52,408 nucleotides of DNA from Thelocarpon superellum (lineage: Eukaryota): assembly GCA_026025795.1 (NCBI GenBank), contig JAPEUG010000083.1, positions 1-52,408 on the forward strand. The letters run 5' to 3'. Below the pieces are notes generated by a model. The model ran no database searches, was not told the origin of the DNA, and saw nothing but the letters and a program-made list of their open reading frames with translations. How positions within the stretch are numbered: position 1 is the stretch's first letter; every line of letters begins with the position of its first letter. The translations under genes and the position numbers were made by a program. Below are positions 24,438 to 37,004 of this stretch, one piece after another.

Positions 24438-25171
24438 CCTAAGCATCTATCAATGTATCTAACCATCCTATCCTACTCTCTGCATCCGCTCATCCGCTCG
24501 CCCTGCTACAGCGTACCGTACCTTGCATGCCCTATGTATCAAAGTACACCGGTTACCTTCCTTATGTGGCTACGGAAGAGTGGCACGAAGCAAGCGTGCG
24601 TGCGAGCGAGCGAGCGAGACTGGGTTTGAGTCTGCGTCTGAGTCTGGTATGTATGTATGGCTTCTCTTCTGTTCTCTCCTCCTCCATGAAAGGAAAATGA
24701 ATGGACAGAACGCCAGGGCTGATACATTTGAGCCTTTTCCCTGCATCGGGCATCCTGCGTCCTGCGCTCTGCATCGCGCCAGCAACGACATCAACGACGT
24801 CCAACGCCTTGCCGTCTCTGCGCCGCGGCACGAGACTGGCATTGTAGCAGTGCAGACCTTGAATGGCAGAGCTCCTGATGTGTGTATGCAGCATGCATCG
24901 AACAGAGAATGGACCGGGGAGAACAGACAATGAAGAGTGGACGCCTGGAACGCGCCCTTGATGCCAGCCAAGATGACATGCACGCCATGCAAGCCATGCA
25001 AAGGGACAAGACACCCACGCCATGATCAAGTGGGGAAGGGAACAGGGATGGCCTGCGGGGTAGGAATCGCCAGGGCGAAAAACATACAAGGAAACGAAAG
25101 ATGGAGAGGGAGAGCATTGGCTGGGGGTGGATCTCGGTGGACCATTCGCACCTCCTTCATAGCGCGCTCCC

Positions 25172-28100
25172 TCAAAGCTTGGTGTGGGATCCAGGCGCGT
25201 CCAGGGTATCCCCATAGGACGGCGCCAGGCCCGGGACTTGACTCGGAGGTTGTGTGAGGTTTGGTCGGGGCTCGATCACGATCGGGTCGTCGGTCTTTGT
25301 CTGCGGATGAATCTCGATGCCTTCTGGATCCTCCAGCTCCGATCGAGTTATGGATCGCGAGAAGCGAACCGATTCCCCGTCGCCGTGCGCACGCTCGATC
25401 GGAGACCAACCCGCGATGCTGCCCGCCACGATCCCGGCCATGGCCGCCGCTGGACCAAAGGCCGAATTGGACCGTGATCGATCACGTCGTCGAGAGCGCG
25501 AGTCAGGGGTGTTGGGCACCGAGAGACCCACCTCGCTGGCGCTCGTCAAGCCACTCGGTGTCTGCGGGGCGATAGAGCTGCTCCGCGACCGTGTCCGCGA
25601 GCGCGGGAGGATGGCCTCGCGCGGATTCTGCAGTTTGAACGCCAGCGCGTTCAGTCGCCCTCCTCGCACGCGTTTCAAGAAGGTGAGCTCCTCGCGGATC
25701 TCTTCCAGCGCTTGGTTCCACTCGAACCGTTGGTCTTCGTCCGACACCACCACCTGCGGCTGCGGCGGCGGCGCGTGCTTGCGATGGATGCGCTGGGGGA
25801 TGAGCTTGGCAAAGGCCGCGTCGGGGATGAGGCGGATGAGCACGCCAATGGGGATCGACAGCGCCCCGAGGATGAGCGAGTAGAGCCATTGCGCCGTGTT
25901 CAGCCGGTGGATCGAAAAGGCCGCACCGCCAAAGAAGCAGATGATGACCTGCCCGCCGATCATGATGACGTTGATGGCGATGAAGAAGTAGTTGCTCGTC
26001 AGGCCTTCGAGCACATTGAATTTGTTATCCAGGCGACGACAGCTAAGCCGGGTGAGCGAGAGAGAGCAATCCACCATGGAGCATGACTTACTTGAGTTGG
26101 TTGAAGATCTGCATCCACACAAACACGTTGAAGACGAGGGTCGGAAGCTGCAGCTGTTCGCGCTCGCTGCCGTACGAGAGGATCGTCGTGCCGCCAAAGT
26201 AGATGAGGAAGGTGATGCCGAGTTGGTAGATGGCTTGACAGATGATCATCTTCCACATCGTGATGCTGATCAACGGCGCCGTCTTGGGCTCAGGCTTGCG
26301 GTCGAGGATGGTGCGCGTCGGCGGCTGCGTCGCCAGCGCCAAGGCCGCGAAGGTGTCCATGATCAGATTGACCCACAGCAATTGCACCGCCGTCAGCACC
26401 GACGCTTCCTGGTCGTTGGACACGGCCGAGACGAAGGCGAGCACCACGGCCGTGATGTTGACCGTCACCTGGAACTGCAGGAACTTCTTGACCGAATCGT
26501 TGACCGCCCGGCCCCACATGATGGCCTTGATGATGGAGGAGAAGTTGTCGTCCATCAGGATGATGGACGACGCTTCTTTGGCCACCTCCGTCCCCGCGAT
26601 GCCCATGGAGAAGCCGACGTCAGCCGTCTTGAGCGCGGGCGCGTCGTTTGTCCCGTCGCCGGTCACCGCCACCGTCTCCCCGAGCTCCTTCAGCCGCTTC
26701 ACCAGGATGCGTTTGTCCTCGGGACTCGAGCGTGCGAGCACTTGAAGCCGGGGAATGACTTGATCCATCTCGGACCGACCAAGCTTCCGAAACGCCGGCC
26801 CCTCCATCACCACACCGCCCGGCGTGTAGATGCCACACTCTTCCGCAATAGCCCGCGCCGTCAAGAGATTATCACCCGTCACCATGCGCACGTACACGCC
26901 CGCCTTTTGACACGTCCGGACGGCGTCAGGGACTCCCTCGCGGAGCGGATCTTGGATACCGACGAGACCGAGGAACACCATGTTGCGGAACACGTCCTGG
27001 AATCGGGCCTGTCGCGCGTCTTCCTCCACCGTGCGTGCGTCCTTGGGCGGCCACTGTTCAAAATCCCGGTAGACGAGGGCAATGGTCCGCAGTGAGCGGG
27101 AGGCGTAGCCTTCAATCAGTCGGTTGAGGTAGTCCGAATCGTCCACCGAGATGGGCACCTCGGAGAGTTCATGAGTCGGGTGTGGAATGATGCGGGCGCA
27201 CGTGGCCAGCACAATCTCGGCGGCCCCCTTCACGTACATCCGGAAGGTGCCGTCGTCCAGCTTCACCACCGATCCCATGCATTTGCGTCCGGAATCGAAC
27301 GGCACAAACTGTACCACCTCGGCGTTGGCACGCACCTCTCCGAGCTGACCCATGCCTAGATGATCCCGCGCGAAGCTGAGCAGGGCCGTTTCGGTCTTGG
27401 ATCCCACGTACGACGGCTGTCCATCCGCGTCACCTTCAAAGGCCGTTGAGTTGATCGCGATGGATTGGACGAGGAGCTCCTTGACGTCGTGGCTCAGTGT
27501 CGTGACCACCTCACGCGCGGACAGCTCGCCGATACGCGTCGAGATTTCTTCGGCATCCTCGCTGCCGGCGATGCTCTTGCCCTTGGCGGGCGAATCCATG
27601 CTCTCGTCAAGCCCGAGCTTCTTGTCCCCGAAGCGCGACGTCTTGCCCACCGTGCCGGCCACCACGGTCATCTTGTTCTGTGTCAGCGTGCCCGTTTTGT
27701 CCGAACACACCGTCGTCGCGTTGCCCATCGTCTCGCACGCCCGCAGCACCCGCACCAGGTTATTGTCTTTGAGCATCTGCGTCGTGGCAAAGGCAAGCGC
27801 CAGCGTAACGGCGAGGGGCAGCCCTTCAGGAACGGCAACTACCACGATCGTGACGGCGACGATGAGAATCTGCAGGAAATTCTGGCCTTTCATCGATGGC
27901 GGGTCGGTGTCGTGGGGGAGCTTCACGAGAAACTTGATGAAGAGGACGACGAACAATACCAGCGCCGCCGCTCCGCCCAGCTTGGCAATCTGCTCGGCCA
28001 AGGTGTTGAGCTTCTTCTGCAACGGGGTGGTCTCCGTGCCCTCTCGGAGCGACACTAAGATCTTGCCATAACTCGAATTGATGCCGACGGCGGTGACGAG

Positions 28101-29486
28101 GAAGGTTCCCACACCTTCCGTGACCTTGCTGCCCGAGATGATGAAGGGATCCATTTTGCGCACGTCCTCGTGAGATTCGAGCGCGTGCGCGACGTCGTCC
28201 GCCGGCGTCTTGCGGAGGAGGTCCGATTCTCCCGTGGCGTGGGACTCGTCGCATCGGATGCCGAAGCCCTGAATGAAGATCCCGTCGACGGGAACCACGT
28301 CGCCCGGCGCCAGGTGCATCACGTCTCCCACCATGACATCGTATATGGAGATCTCTTGCGAGCGACCAGAGCGGATGACCTTGACATTGCCACTCTCCTT
28401 CTTGCGGTTCAACTTCACGAACTGCCGCTCCTTCTGCCAGTCGTTGGCCGCGCCGACGACCACGACAATGATGACGGCGGCCATGATGGCCACGCCATCC
28501 ACCCATTCTACCTGGGGTTCGCCATTCGTTGAGGGCTGGCCGAAGGTTTGGTACAGTCCCAGGGCCAGCGAGATGACGGCGGCGATGGTGAGCAGGATGA
28601 GCACTTTGTCGTTGTATGCGATCCACGCCAGCTGGAAGATGGACTTGACCTTGCGCTCGGGGAGGCGGTTCGCCGTGAAGACGCGTCGCCGGTCGAGAAA
28701 CGAGTCATCGGCGCGTTTTCGGAAAGAGCGCGCCGTACTGCCCGTGGCGGATCGCTTCATGCGTCTGGGCGGCGCATCATTCGAGTCGTCACTGGTGTTG
28801 GTGCGCGATGTTGCGTCGCGGAAGGAGACACAGCCATCGAGCGCCAATTCGTCCGAGCTGAGACCGGCCTGTCGATCCGTCCGCAACCCCTTCTCCAGCC
28901 CAGCCAATCCACCGACCGCGTAGAAGGCCGACAGGCTCTTCGGATTCATGAGCTTGGTCATCTGGCCCGGCGAGAAGGCAAACTTGTTGTCTGGCACGCT
29001 AAAGTCACCCTCGGTGCCCGGATCGGGGTTCAGGGCGTCCTGGGCATTCATGATCTCGTCATTCGCCGCGCCGTGGTTGAGGATGTTGAGGGATGTAGTC
29101 TGGAGGGGCGGATCCACGCCCGTGAGCGTCGTGGTCTGGGTGCCATCGTCGGAATCAACCGAGCTCCGCCTCGAGCGCAGGCTCGGGACAACGAGAAAGT
29201 GGGTGTCGTTGGCCTTGGCGGACGGCGAGGAGATGTGATGTCCGGACGTGGGTCGGCTGTTCTTGCTCTCAAATGACGAGGACGGCTTGAGATCGGGTGG
29301 GGATCGGACGGCAACGGTCGCATCATCATCAGATGAGGCCGTCGCACTACGATCTGCGGCCGAGGGATCCACGGTGGCCGAGGTATCGATGGTGATGGTT
29401 GGCGCTCGCGGTCGGCGATTGGAGGTGGAGCGGGAAGGGGAGGGGGAAGACTTCTCGGCGGGTGCCGGAACGTCCGGGGACGCCAT
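25172..29486 (-). CDS. PMC1: P2B-type calcium-transporting P-type ATPase (PMC1/PMCA-like)
   Basis: DESHATGESD, VAVPEGLPLAVT, CSDKTGTLT phosphorylation site, KGAAE, MVTGDN, TGDGTNDAPALK, LWVNLIMDT; intron 26043-26091. Confidence 0.96.
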
Positions 29487-32400
29487 GTCGGCGAGACCTC
29501 CACGAGCCACCGAGCGAAACAGACCCACTCAACGCGATGGCGCCACACGCGCTCCTTATGATCCAATGTCTCCTGGAAGCGTCGGCATCTCACCCCGATC
29601 CTGATCCACACGAGCCGTCTTATCAGGGACTGCCGGCGGTCTCGCGGATGTGTGTTCCCCGGGTGTTGCTTGTTATTCGTCCCCGGTGGCACTGGTGTTG
29701 GTGGATGGACCGTGGGTGGATTAAGGCGCAACGCTGTGGTGAGGGTTGGGTCTCAACCGAAACGGACAATGGTCGACGCGCACGGATGGCGGCGAAGCTG
29801 AAGCTCGGCGGACGTCGTCAGCGGCGCCTTCGTCGCTCGCCACCCACCCGGTCAACGTACGGAAGTGATGATGCACCACGCCCGGGGCGCAGCGATGATT
29901 GAAGAAGAGGGCGAAAAGATCTGACCAGCAGCGGCAAGGTGGAAGGGGAGGGTGAGAAGACTGGGAATTCCCAACGCGCTCGCCAGCCGACGACAACCTC
30001 GGTGTCATGAACTCCACAATCACCGGGTGGATGGAGGTCTTGGCGACGGGGCAGACCGACGGACTAGCTGGGCGCTGGATCGGGGACAAGTGACGATGCG
30101 TCGCCGTGATCGCCGTGGTCGCCGTGGTCGCCGTGGACGCACCGAAGCCGGAAGTAATGAGATCAAGACATTTGATCGGGCGTTTCCTCTCCAGACTAGA
30201 GCACTAGAGGGCGATGGGCCAAGGGCGCAGTGTCCCTACAACCGGCGCTTTTGTCCCTTGCGGGCAAGTGAGAGCACCGCCAAGGACGACGACTGAGGCT
30301 GTGCAAGATAGTTAGTCGAGCGTCCAGTAACGCGGAATGCGATTACGAGCCTAGTCCCAACCCGAGTACCAGTATGGGAGCTCGAACGTTGGAAACCCAG
30401 TGAAGAGGCAGAGAAGCGGGAAGGTGCAGGGGCCCAGCGCAGGGATTCGCCTGAGCCATACGGGAAAGCCGTCTAGCGGGACACACGGTTTGCGCGGGCC
30501 AGGACGGTAACCGCCGGCTCGTCTGACTCCACCTACAAGTACGAAGTAGTGATTTTGTACAACGATCGTGAGCGACCAGCTCGCTTGGACGCGTCCACGT
30601 TCAAGATGCGGAATTCAAGGAAAACAACGCGGTCTCTTCTTGAGCCTCCATCAAGCTTTCGTGGGAGATGTCGCCCTATCGTGCAAGGGACTGCCTGGAC
30701 CGAGACGAGTGCCTCCCGACACCGACGGAGGGAGGACCAAGGTATGCTGACCGGGTATGATTTGTGCTAGTGGCATGGCTATGATGGGGATTGCCCCAAC
30801 CCAATGCCCGGGGCCAAAAAAGGCCGGTGGAAAATACCAGACGAAGCGCGCATCTCAAGGTGGTGGAATGATGAATTTAACCGCTTCGCTACCCATACCT
30901 ACAAGCGGTCAGCAGCTCGCCACGTCGCTTTGGCTACCACCCCTCATCGTACGGCTACTCACCACTCGTACATCTGCCTGGAGCCGACCGTGACTGGTGC
31001 ATGCACGTCGTCGCGCAAGCCTACTAGGCGTGCAGCGATACAAGGTATCAGATTATGAGCAGGTGCAAACTGCTTTTTCAGCGACGGACAACCCTGAGAA
31101 GCTCCCAATGTTCAATACAGATCGTGCCCCCCAAGTCTCCACTTCCAAGACGTCTCGCATCTTCCTGGATCCTTCGAAAGCGCAGTCACTGTGGTCCAAG
31201 CTACTCGGCCCCACATCACAACGATTCGGACACCTCGCAATCCCAAGATCCTTACATTATCGCGTAGATCGATCTGGCGCGGGCTTGTTTGGCAGCAGTC
31301 TCGATGACGATGGTGCTTCGGGCCGCTCTACAATCTTGCGAAGCGGCCAAGCCTCTCGTTCTTGATCGGCACAAGATCAAGGACGGCCGTTGGAGCGTTC
31401 GCGAGACACGGTTTCAGTTGGCCTTGGTACTGTGGCGCAGGCTCTTTGCCACCCTGCCATAGCCTCCTGTCCTAAGGTAGCATCCGAGAAAGGGCACACT
31501 CAGAAGTGCCGATACAGGGTACAGAGAGACTCCTGATGACCCGTGCTTTGGGTGACTTTCCTTGGAGCAGGCAAGCACCGATCTCCTTCTCGAGCTTACA
31601 GGCTAGGACTTGGCCGTAGCAAACGAGCGTCTTGGTCACTCGCCCTGGAGCTCACTGGTCGTCCAGCATCCTGACTTCGACGGGATCTGGGATGGAATGT
31701 GGCTGACCAAGAGATTGCCCCACTTCTCGGTGATCATCTACGTGAATTGAGGGAGTCGAATGTCTTTTTGCATACCAGCCGTTGTAGAGAGTCAAACGCG
31801 TCTCTCACGTTCAATTCGAGACCCAACATTACCAGATTCAAGACGACCTTCAGGTCACATTGCACTTGTTCTTCGGTCCTGGCCCAGACCTAATACTCGG
31901 TGAGGGGGCTGAGCTCAAATTGGATCCGACCCAACTGGACAAGCTCTCGGTGGCTTCTCCTCTCTACACCTTTTCATCGATGAAGATGGATCCTCAGGCT
32001 GTTTCCGCTACTTATCCAAGGCGAAATGACAGTTCTCGCTGCTGGACGGGCAGTCAGACAAGATGTTGACGGCAAAGAGCATGCGTGGAAAAGGAGCCTG
32101 CAGCGCTGGAGGCCGCGGAGCTATGATTCGAACTACCTAACCTATTCAGTAGCACTGAGTCGATGGAGACGCTCCGCGGAACGGTTCTCCCGCAGACGTC
32201 AGGTCCAAGGCAGTGGGTATGAGAAGCCGGGCAATAGTCGGACAAAATCAAGCCTTGGCCGCCGCTCAAGCAAAGGTCCCTGGGTAAGAATGTCCAACCT
32301 GCACCAGGGAAGACGTCCAAAAGTCAAGAAAGATTGGATCATGGTGTAGCCGTAGCTCTGTCAAAGTAGCCCAACGCCCCAATGGTACAAGTATGTCAGT

Positions 32401-32833
32401 ACAAGGATGTCGATTGAGTATGTTACTTTTACTGGTCGGAAGCGACGAAACTTCCCGCCTAGAAAATGTTTGTGGGCAGATCACTCACATCCTGGTCGGT
32501 GCCTGCGCTGTACGACAACATCACCGGTAAGACATGCCCCAACGTCGTCGGCGCGCTTCTTCTTCACAAACTAGGTGGATGGGCACGCACGACTGGCCAG
32601 CAGGTAAGGCAGGGGGATGGCTTGCATGATGACCCTCGAAGGCTCAAGAGGCGGTAGGCGGCACGCGCCGCGCACCAACAACTGCCGACTTCACTACTAC
32701 CGAAACTGCTCGGTCAGTGTGGTGTTTCGGTGAGCGCCGACCGCTGGTAAGACGTCAGGCGCGCTGATCCGGTAAGGTGAAGCCGGCCAGCGGTGATATG
32801 ATTCGTCGCTGAATCATCCTCAACCTCGACCTT

Positions 32834-32868
32834 GGCCTCAGACCTCCTGAGGCCTTTTCTGTTATAAA
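32834..32868 (+). promoter_or_regulatory. 8-bp inverted repeat (GGCCTCAG-acctc-CTGAGGCC) followed by TATAAA upstream of the cyanamide hydratase gene
   Basis: Inverted repeat 32834-32854, TATAAA 32863-32868, ATG at 32957. Confidence 0.45.
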
Positions 32869-32956
32869 GGCACTTTCACCCCCGCATGCGTGAAACATAG
32901 ATGGCTATGGCATCATCTCCCTCGATCCTCGAGCAGACTCTCCCGTCCCAGTAAAC

Positions 32957-33809
32957 ATGCCAGAAGCCATCCTGGCGTATGGCTTTACCGCTGTTCCGCG
33001 GAACGTGGACGTGCTCTTACAGGGCCAGACGAGAGTACATGCGCCGAAGGCAGTCTTGGTGGCGGACGTGCCGCTGCCAGACACTCCACTGGCGGCGGAG
33101 GTGCTGACGTACGCCCAAACGAAGCTCCCGGTGGAAACATACAATCACAGCATGCGCGTCTACTACTTTGGTAACGGATCCTGACCGAAGGATCCTGCCC
33201 CACTCGTGCCGTCTGGCTGTTCACGGGCTCATCCTCGGGGGGGTAGGCAAGGCTATCGCGCACGAGCAGTTTCCCGACTGGAGCTTCTCCGACGAGACGT
33301 ATCTCCTGACGGCGCTGCTCCATGACATTGGGACGACGGCGACGAACCTGCGGGCCAGCTTGATGTCCTTTGAGTTTTATGGCGGGCTCCTGGCCCTGGA
33401 GCTGCTGCACTCGGAGCTTCATGCACCGAAGGCACAAGCCGAGAGCGTTGCCGAGGCCATCTTTCGCCATCAGGATCTGGGAGGGACGGGCAGCATCACG
33501 ACGGTGGGCCAGCTGATCCAGTTGGCGACGATTTTGGGTAGGTCCGCAGCCTGTGCGAGTGGCCGCGGGTTCACGGGCTAAGCTTGTGGCGTCCTACGCA
33601 GACAACATGGGCGAGCACTCGGCACTGGTGCACCCGGACACCATCAAGGACGTCACCGCTCATTTCCCACGCCGGCACTGGTCCTTGTGTTTTGCGGCGA
33701 CGATCCGGGAAGAGAACCGACTGAAACCCTGGGCACATACCACCGCGCTGGGGCCCGAGGATTCCCCAACGGTGTGTTGGGCAATGTGCTGATGGCGCCA
33801 TACGACTGA
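32957..33809 (+). CDS. HD-domain cyanamide hydratase family protein (Ddi2/Ddi3-like), with an apparent 1-nt frameshift near the C-terminus
   Basis: YGFTAVPRN, TYNHSMRVYYF|G, LTALLHDIG, MSFEFYGG, AESVAEAIFRHQD, LIQLATIL|DN, FPR..W..CF, KPWAHTT; introns 33171-33246 and 33538-33601; as assembled the frame stops at 33792, the family-like tail ends at 33809. Confidence 0.9.
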
Positions 33810-35909
33810 GGGACGACAGGGCCATTGTCTGCGGCGTCATCCGGCAGACCCTGTGCCGTCGGCTCGACTGGTCGGACTGCGCGTCCGCGGTCCACGGTCG
33901 GGGCGATCCAGCGTCGGGGATGAGGCCTGGAGACAAGTGCGAGGCGGGCGTGAGGTGCATGAATTATGTCACGGCCAGCCATCTTATTTATTTCGGTGAC
34001 GAGCGGCGTCATGCCCGATACGGCACCACCGTTTAATGAGGCATTAAACCGTGCCTCGCGTGGCGGTGGGCGGCCATCCAACGAGCCAACGAGCCAACGA
34101 GCCAACGAGCTTGCGAGGTCGAGGTGTGGAGACGCCGTCGTAGCTACTCTGGGCAGTTTTGGGGCCGACACGCGAACGTCAACGTCCATGTTGTTTGCGC
34201 GGGCAGCGTCACATGCGCCCTGGCCGACGGCGGCGCGGCCCTCATTACGGAGACGACATGCCGGAGGCGAGCGGAGGATCTAAGCGGGACGTGTCCAGGT
34301 CCTTCGTAAAGTGGATGGCTGGGAGCAACGGACGAGGGTCACAACAAGACTGCGTCAGATCCACCGGATAATCGCGACGCAGGGACCAGCGCGACTCCGA
34401 ACTACCCAAATGGGCATCACGCAAGCCGGCGCCGGCGCCTGACTGGCTGCGTCGGCGACGGCGACATCTCGCGAGCGCGATGGTGCCCCCTGACGCTCAA
34501 TGCGAGCGCCTCTCATGCCCTGGTGCCGTGCACGATGTCGAGGAGGCCGCATGAATCACCCGGCCCCAAGAGTGACCCAGTGACCGAGGCTGAAGCAACG
34601 GGCACGAGGAGCCGACAGGGGCGGGGGAATAAGGATGCCATTTGCAGCAGCTCATACGTCTCACGCTGCCGGCTCGAACGCGTGTCGAACTGCCCTGGAC
34701 GGTGACGGCCGTGGACCACGGCGGCCGGGGCCTAACGGGGGCGGTCGGCGTCCCAGGTCCTTCGAGAAGCACGCGAGAAGCGTGTGGTGCATTAGCCGAG
34801 GCGCCGTCTCTGGGGAACAGCAGGCCCGCCAGGGCCTGTGTGGTGGCCGCCGCGTCGGCTGTGCGCGTATGGTGTGAGGACGAATACTCGTAGGTGGCAC
34901 GGTGGTTCGCGAGGCAGATGGTACCAAGTACGAGGAGACGCCAGGAGACGCCAGGAGACACGAGGACTCATCGCAACGGGGCAGGGGTATTCGGGCCCGG
35001 CAGCGATGTCGTCGTCATGTCACATCGTGTTAGGGCCGATGGCGATGGCGCCGTCAGACGTCGTCGACCAGTCAGCGCTCGCCAGGCCAGGTGGTCCACG
35101 CCGAAGCTCGAGGGACCCAAGCTCCCGCGTGAGGCGTGAGCATGGTCCAAGAGCCCTCGATTGGGCCCGGTCCGTTCGTCTCTAGGATTCGCCGCAGGGA
35201 CGCCGGCGGAGCGCAGCGGCGCGGCCACCTGCCTGGTATGAGTGATTTGTCCCCGGCGACGAAACGCTCCGTCCACCGCCCCCCAGCGCCCGCTCCTCGC
35301 GCCTCGCTCCCCGCGCACCCCGGGCGAAGCGGGGCCTCCTGGCCGGCGTCGCTAAGACCTTGGGATGGTCCACGAGAGGCATTTCTTGATATCCGATGCT
35401 CACGGACCCCATCTACCCTCCTCGACCTTCCTCCGCCGCCACGGACTAGCCCGCAGGCGGACATGGACACCCGCGTGCGTTCCCACTCAATAAGAGGTTC
35501 CGGCGCGCCGGCTCCCTCTGGCCGCCGGGCCTCGCACGGCGGATCTCGCAACAACGGTGATCCGGAGCCAGCGCCAGGTCAGCCTCCAACCCCTTCCCCC
35601 CTCCCCCCCTTCCCTTGCCCCCACCCCCCCGGGCGTGGGCCATGCATGGTCAAGGCTTGTTGTGCCTAATTTACTGACACCATGACACGGGGGCCAGACT
35701 CGGACCATCTCTCACGCGGAAGCCCCCCTCGAGCATTAAGGCATTAACACGCCACCGCCCACCCACACCCGGTTGTTTCTTGGACTTCGCCCATCGTTGG
35801 TGGAACAAAGGCCCTTCAAGATCCCATCCTTCCCCACATCTTTGCCAACGTCCTGCAGCTTGTCGAAGCGTTTCCGCCGCTCCCGGACGTTACCACGCTG
35901 ACCGCAACG

Positions 35910-37004
35910 ATGCGCGCGTCCCTTGCGGCGGCGTCATGGCTGACGCTGTGCGCGACTGCCACGGTGGCAACGGACTCGACGGACCCGCAGTATGCCGCCT
36001 TCATCGCACCCATCAGCGACGAGATGTCGGCGCTGCCGGCCGCGAACGTGAGCAAGGCCGAGATCGGGCCGATGGAGCTGGGCAAGCGTCAGTTCAACTG
36101 CCCGTCCGGCTACGCCTCCTGCGCCGGCCTGGGCGGCGCCAACGCGGGCCAGCAGAACACCTGCTGTCAGCCGGGGACGAACTGCCAGCTGGATCAGAAC
36201 CGCAACGTCGCGTGCTGCCCGAACGGACAACAATGTAACGCGGATCTGGCGCAAAACGGGTACAATGGCTTCAACGGCTACAACGGCCTGACCACTTTCG
36301 TCACCAACGGCGTCTTGGTGACGTCGCAGATCGGCGGCTACAATGGCTTCAACGGGCTCGAGACGTGCACGTCGAACGGCATCATCATCACGGCGATCAA
36401 CGGCCAAGGGTGCTACGGGTACAACGGCAATGGCTACAACGGCCTGACGACCTACACGTCGAACGGGATCGTGGTGACGGGGTACAACGGCAATGGCTAC
36501 AACGGCTACAACGGCTACAATGGCTTCCTCGGCGCCAGCGTTACCACGTACACGTCCAACGGCGTCCTCCTCACGACCACCTTTGCCAACACGGGCGCGG
36601 GCCCAACGACGGAAGCCAGCAGCATCACCAACTCCTACTTCACCTATCCCGCCCTCCCCACCACCTTCCCCAACGCCGCCGTCTGCTCGGCCGCGTACGC
36701 CGACTGCCAGACCGACTACCAGAAATGCACGGCGCAGCTCGGCGGCGGCGGCAACGGGGCGACCATCACGCTGCCCGGCGGCAACCAGGTGCAGGTGGGA
36801 GCGACGGTCACGCTCGGTCCGACGGCCACATCCATCTGCTCGAGTCTCAGCCAGTCGGCCTGTCGCGGGCTGGCACTCTCGAATTGCAATACCTACGGTG
36901 TCAATGGCGTCAGCGGCAACATGGCCATGCCCACGGGGGTGGCGCCGATGTATGGGGTGGGTGTTGGCGTGGCCTTGGGCGTCGCAGGCAATCTTATGGG
37001 TTAA
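35910..37004 (+). CDS. Secreted, probably GPI-anchored Cys-rich cell-wall protein with NGY-rich repeats
   Basis: Signal peptide, Kex2-like LGKR, Cys cluster CPSGYASC..CC..C..CCPNGQQC, second Cys cluster CSAAYADCQTDYQKC..ICSSLSQSAC, hydrophobic C-terminus. Confidence 0.85.
   Translation: MRASLAAASWLTLCATATVATDSTDPQYAAFIAPISDEMSALPAANVSKAEIGPMELGKRQFNCPSGYASCAGLGGANAGQQNTCCQPGTNCQLDQNRNVACCPNGQQCNADLAQNGYNGFNGYNGLTTFVTNGVLVTSQIGGYNGFNGLETCTSNGIIITAINGQGCYGYNGNGYNGLTTYTSNGIVVTGYNGNGYNGYNGYNGFLGASVTTYTSNGVLLTTTFANTGAGPTTEASSITNSYFTYPALPTTFPNAAVCSAAYADCQTDYQKCTAQLGGGGNGATITLPGGNQVQVGATVTLGPTATSICSSLSQSACRGLALSNCNTYGVNGVSGNMAMPTGVAPMYGVGVGVALGVAGNLMG

Noticed and set aside
25992..29276. Long + strand ORFs antisense to the Ca2+-ATPase (similarly those opposite NUP84, GCV1, BAT1)
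   Set aside because: Shadow frames expected from GC-rich codon usage; no independent motifs
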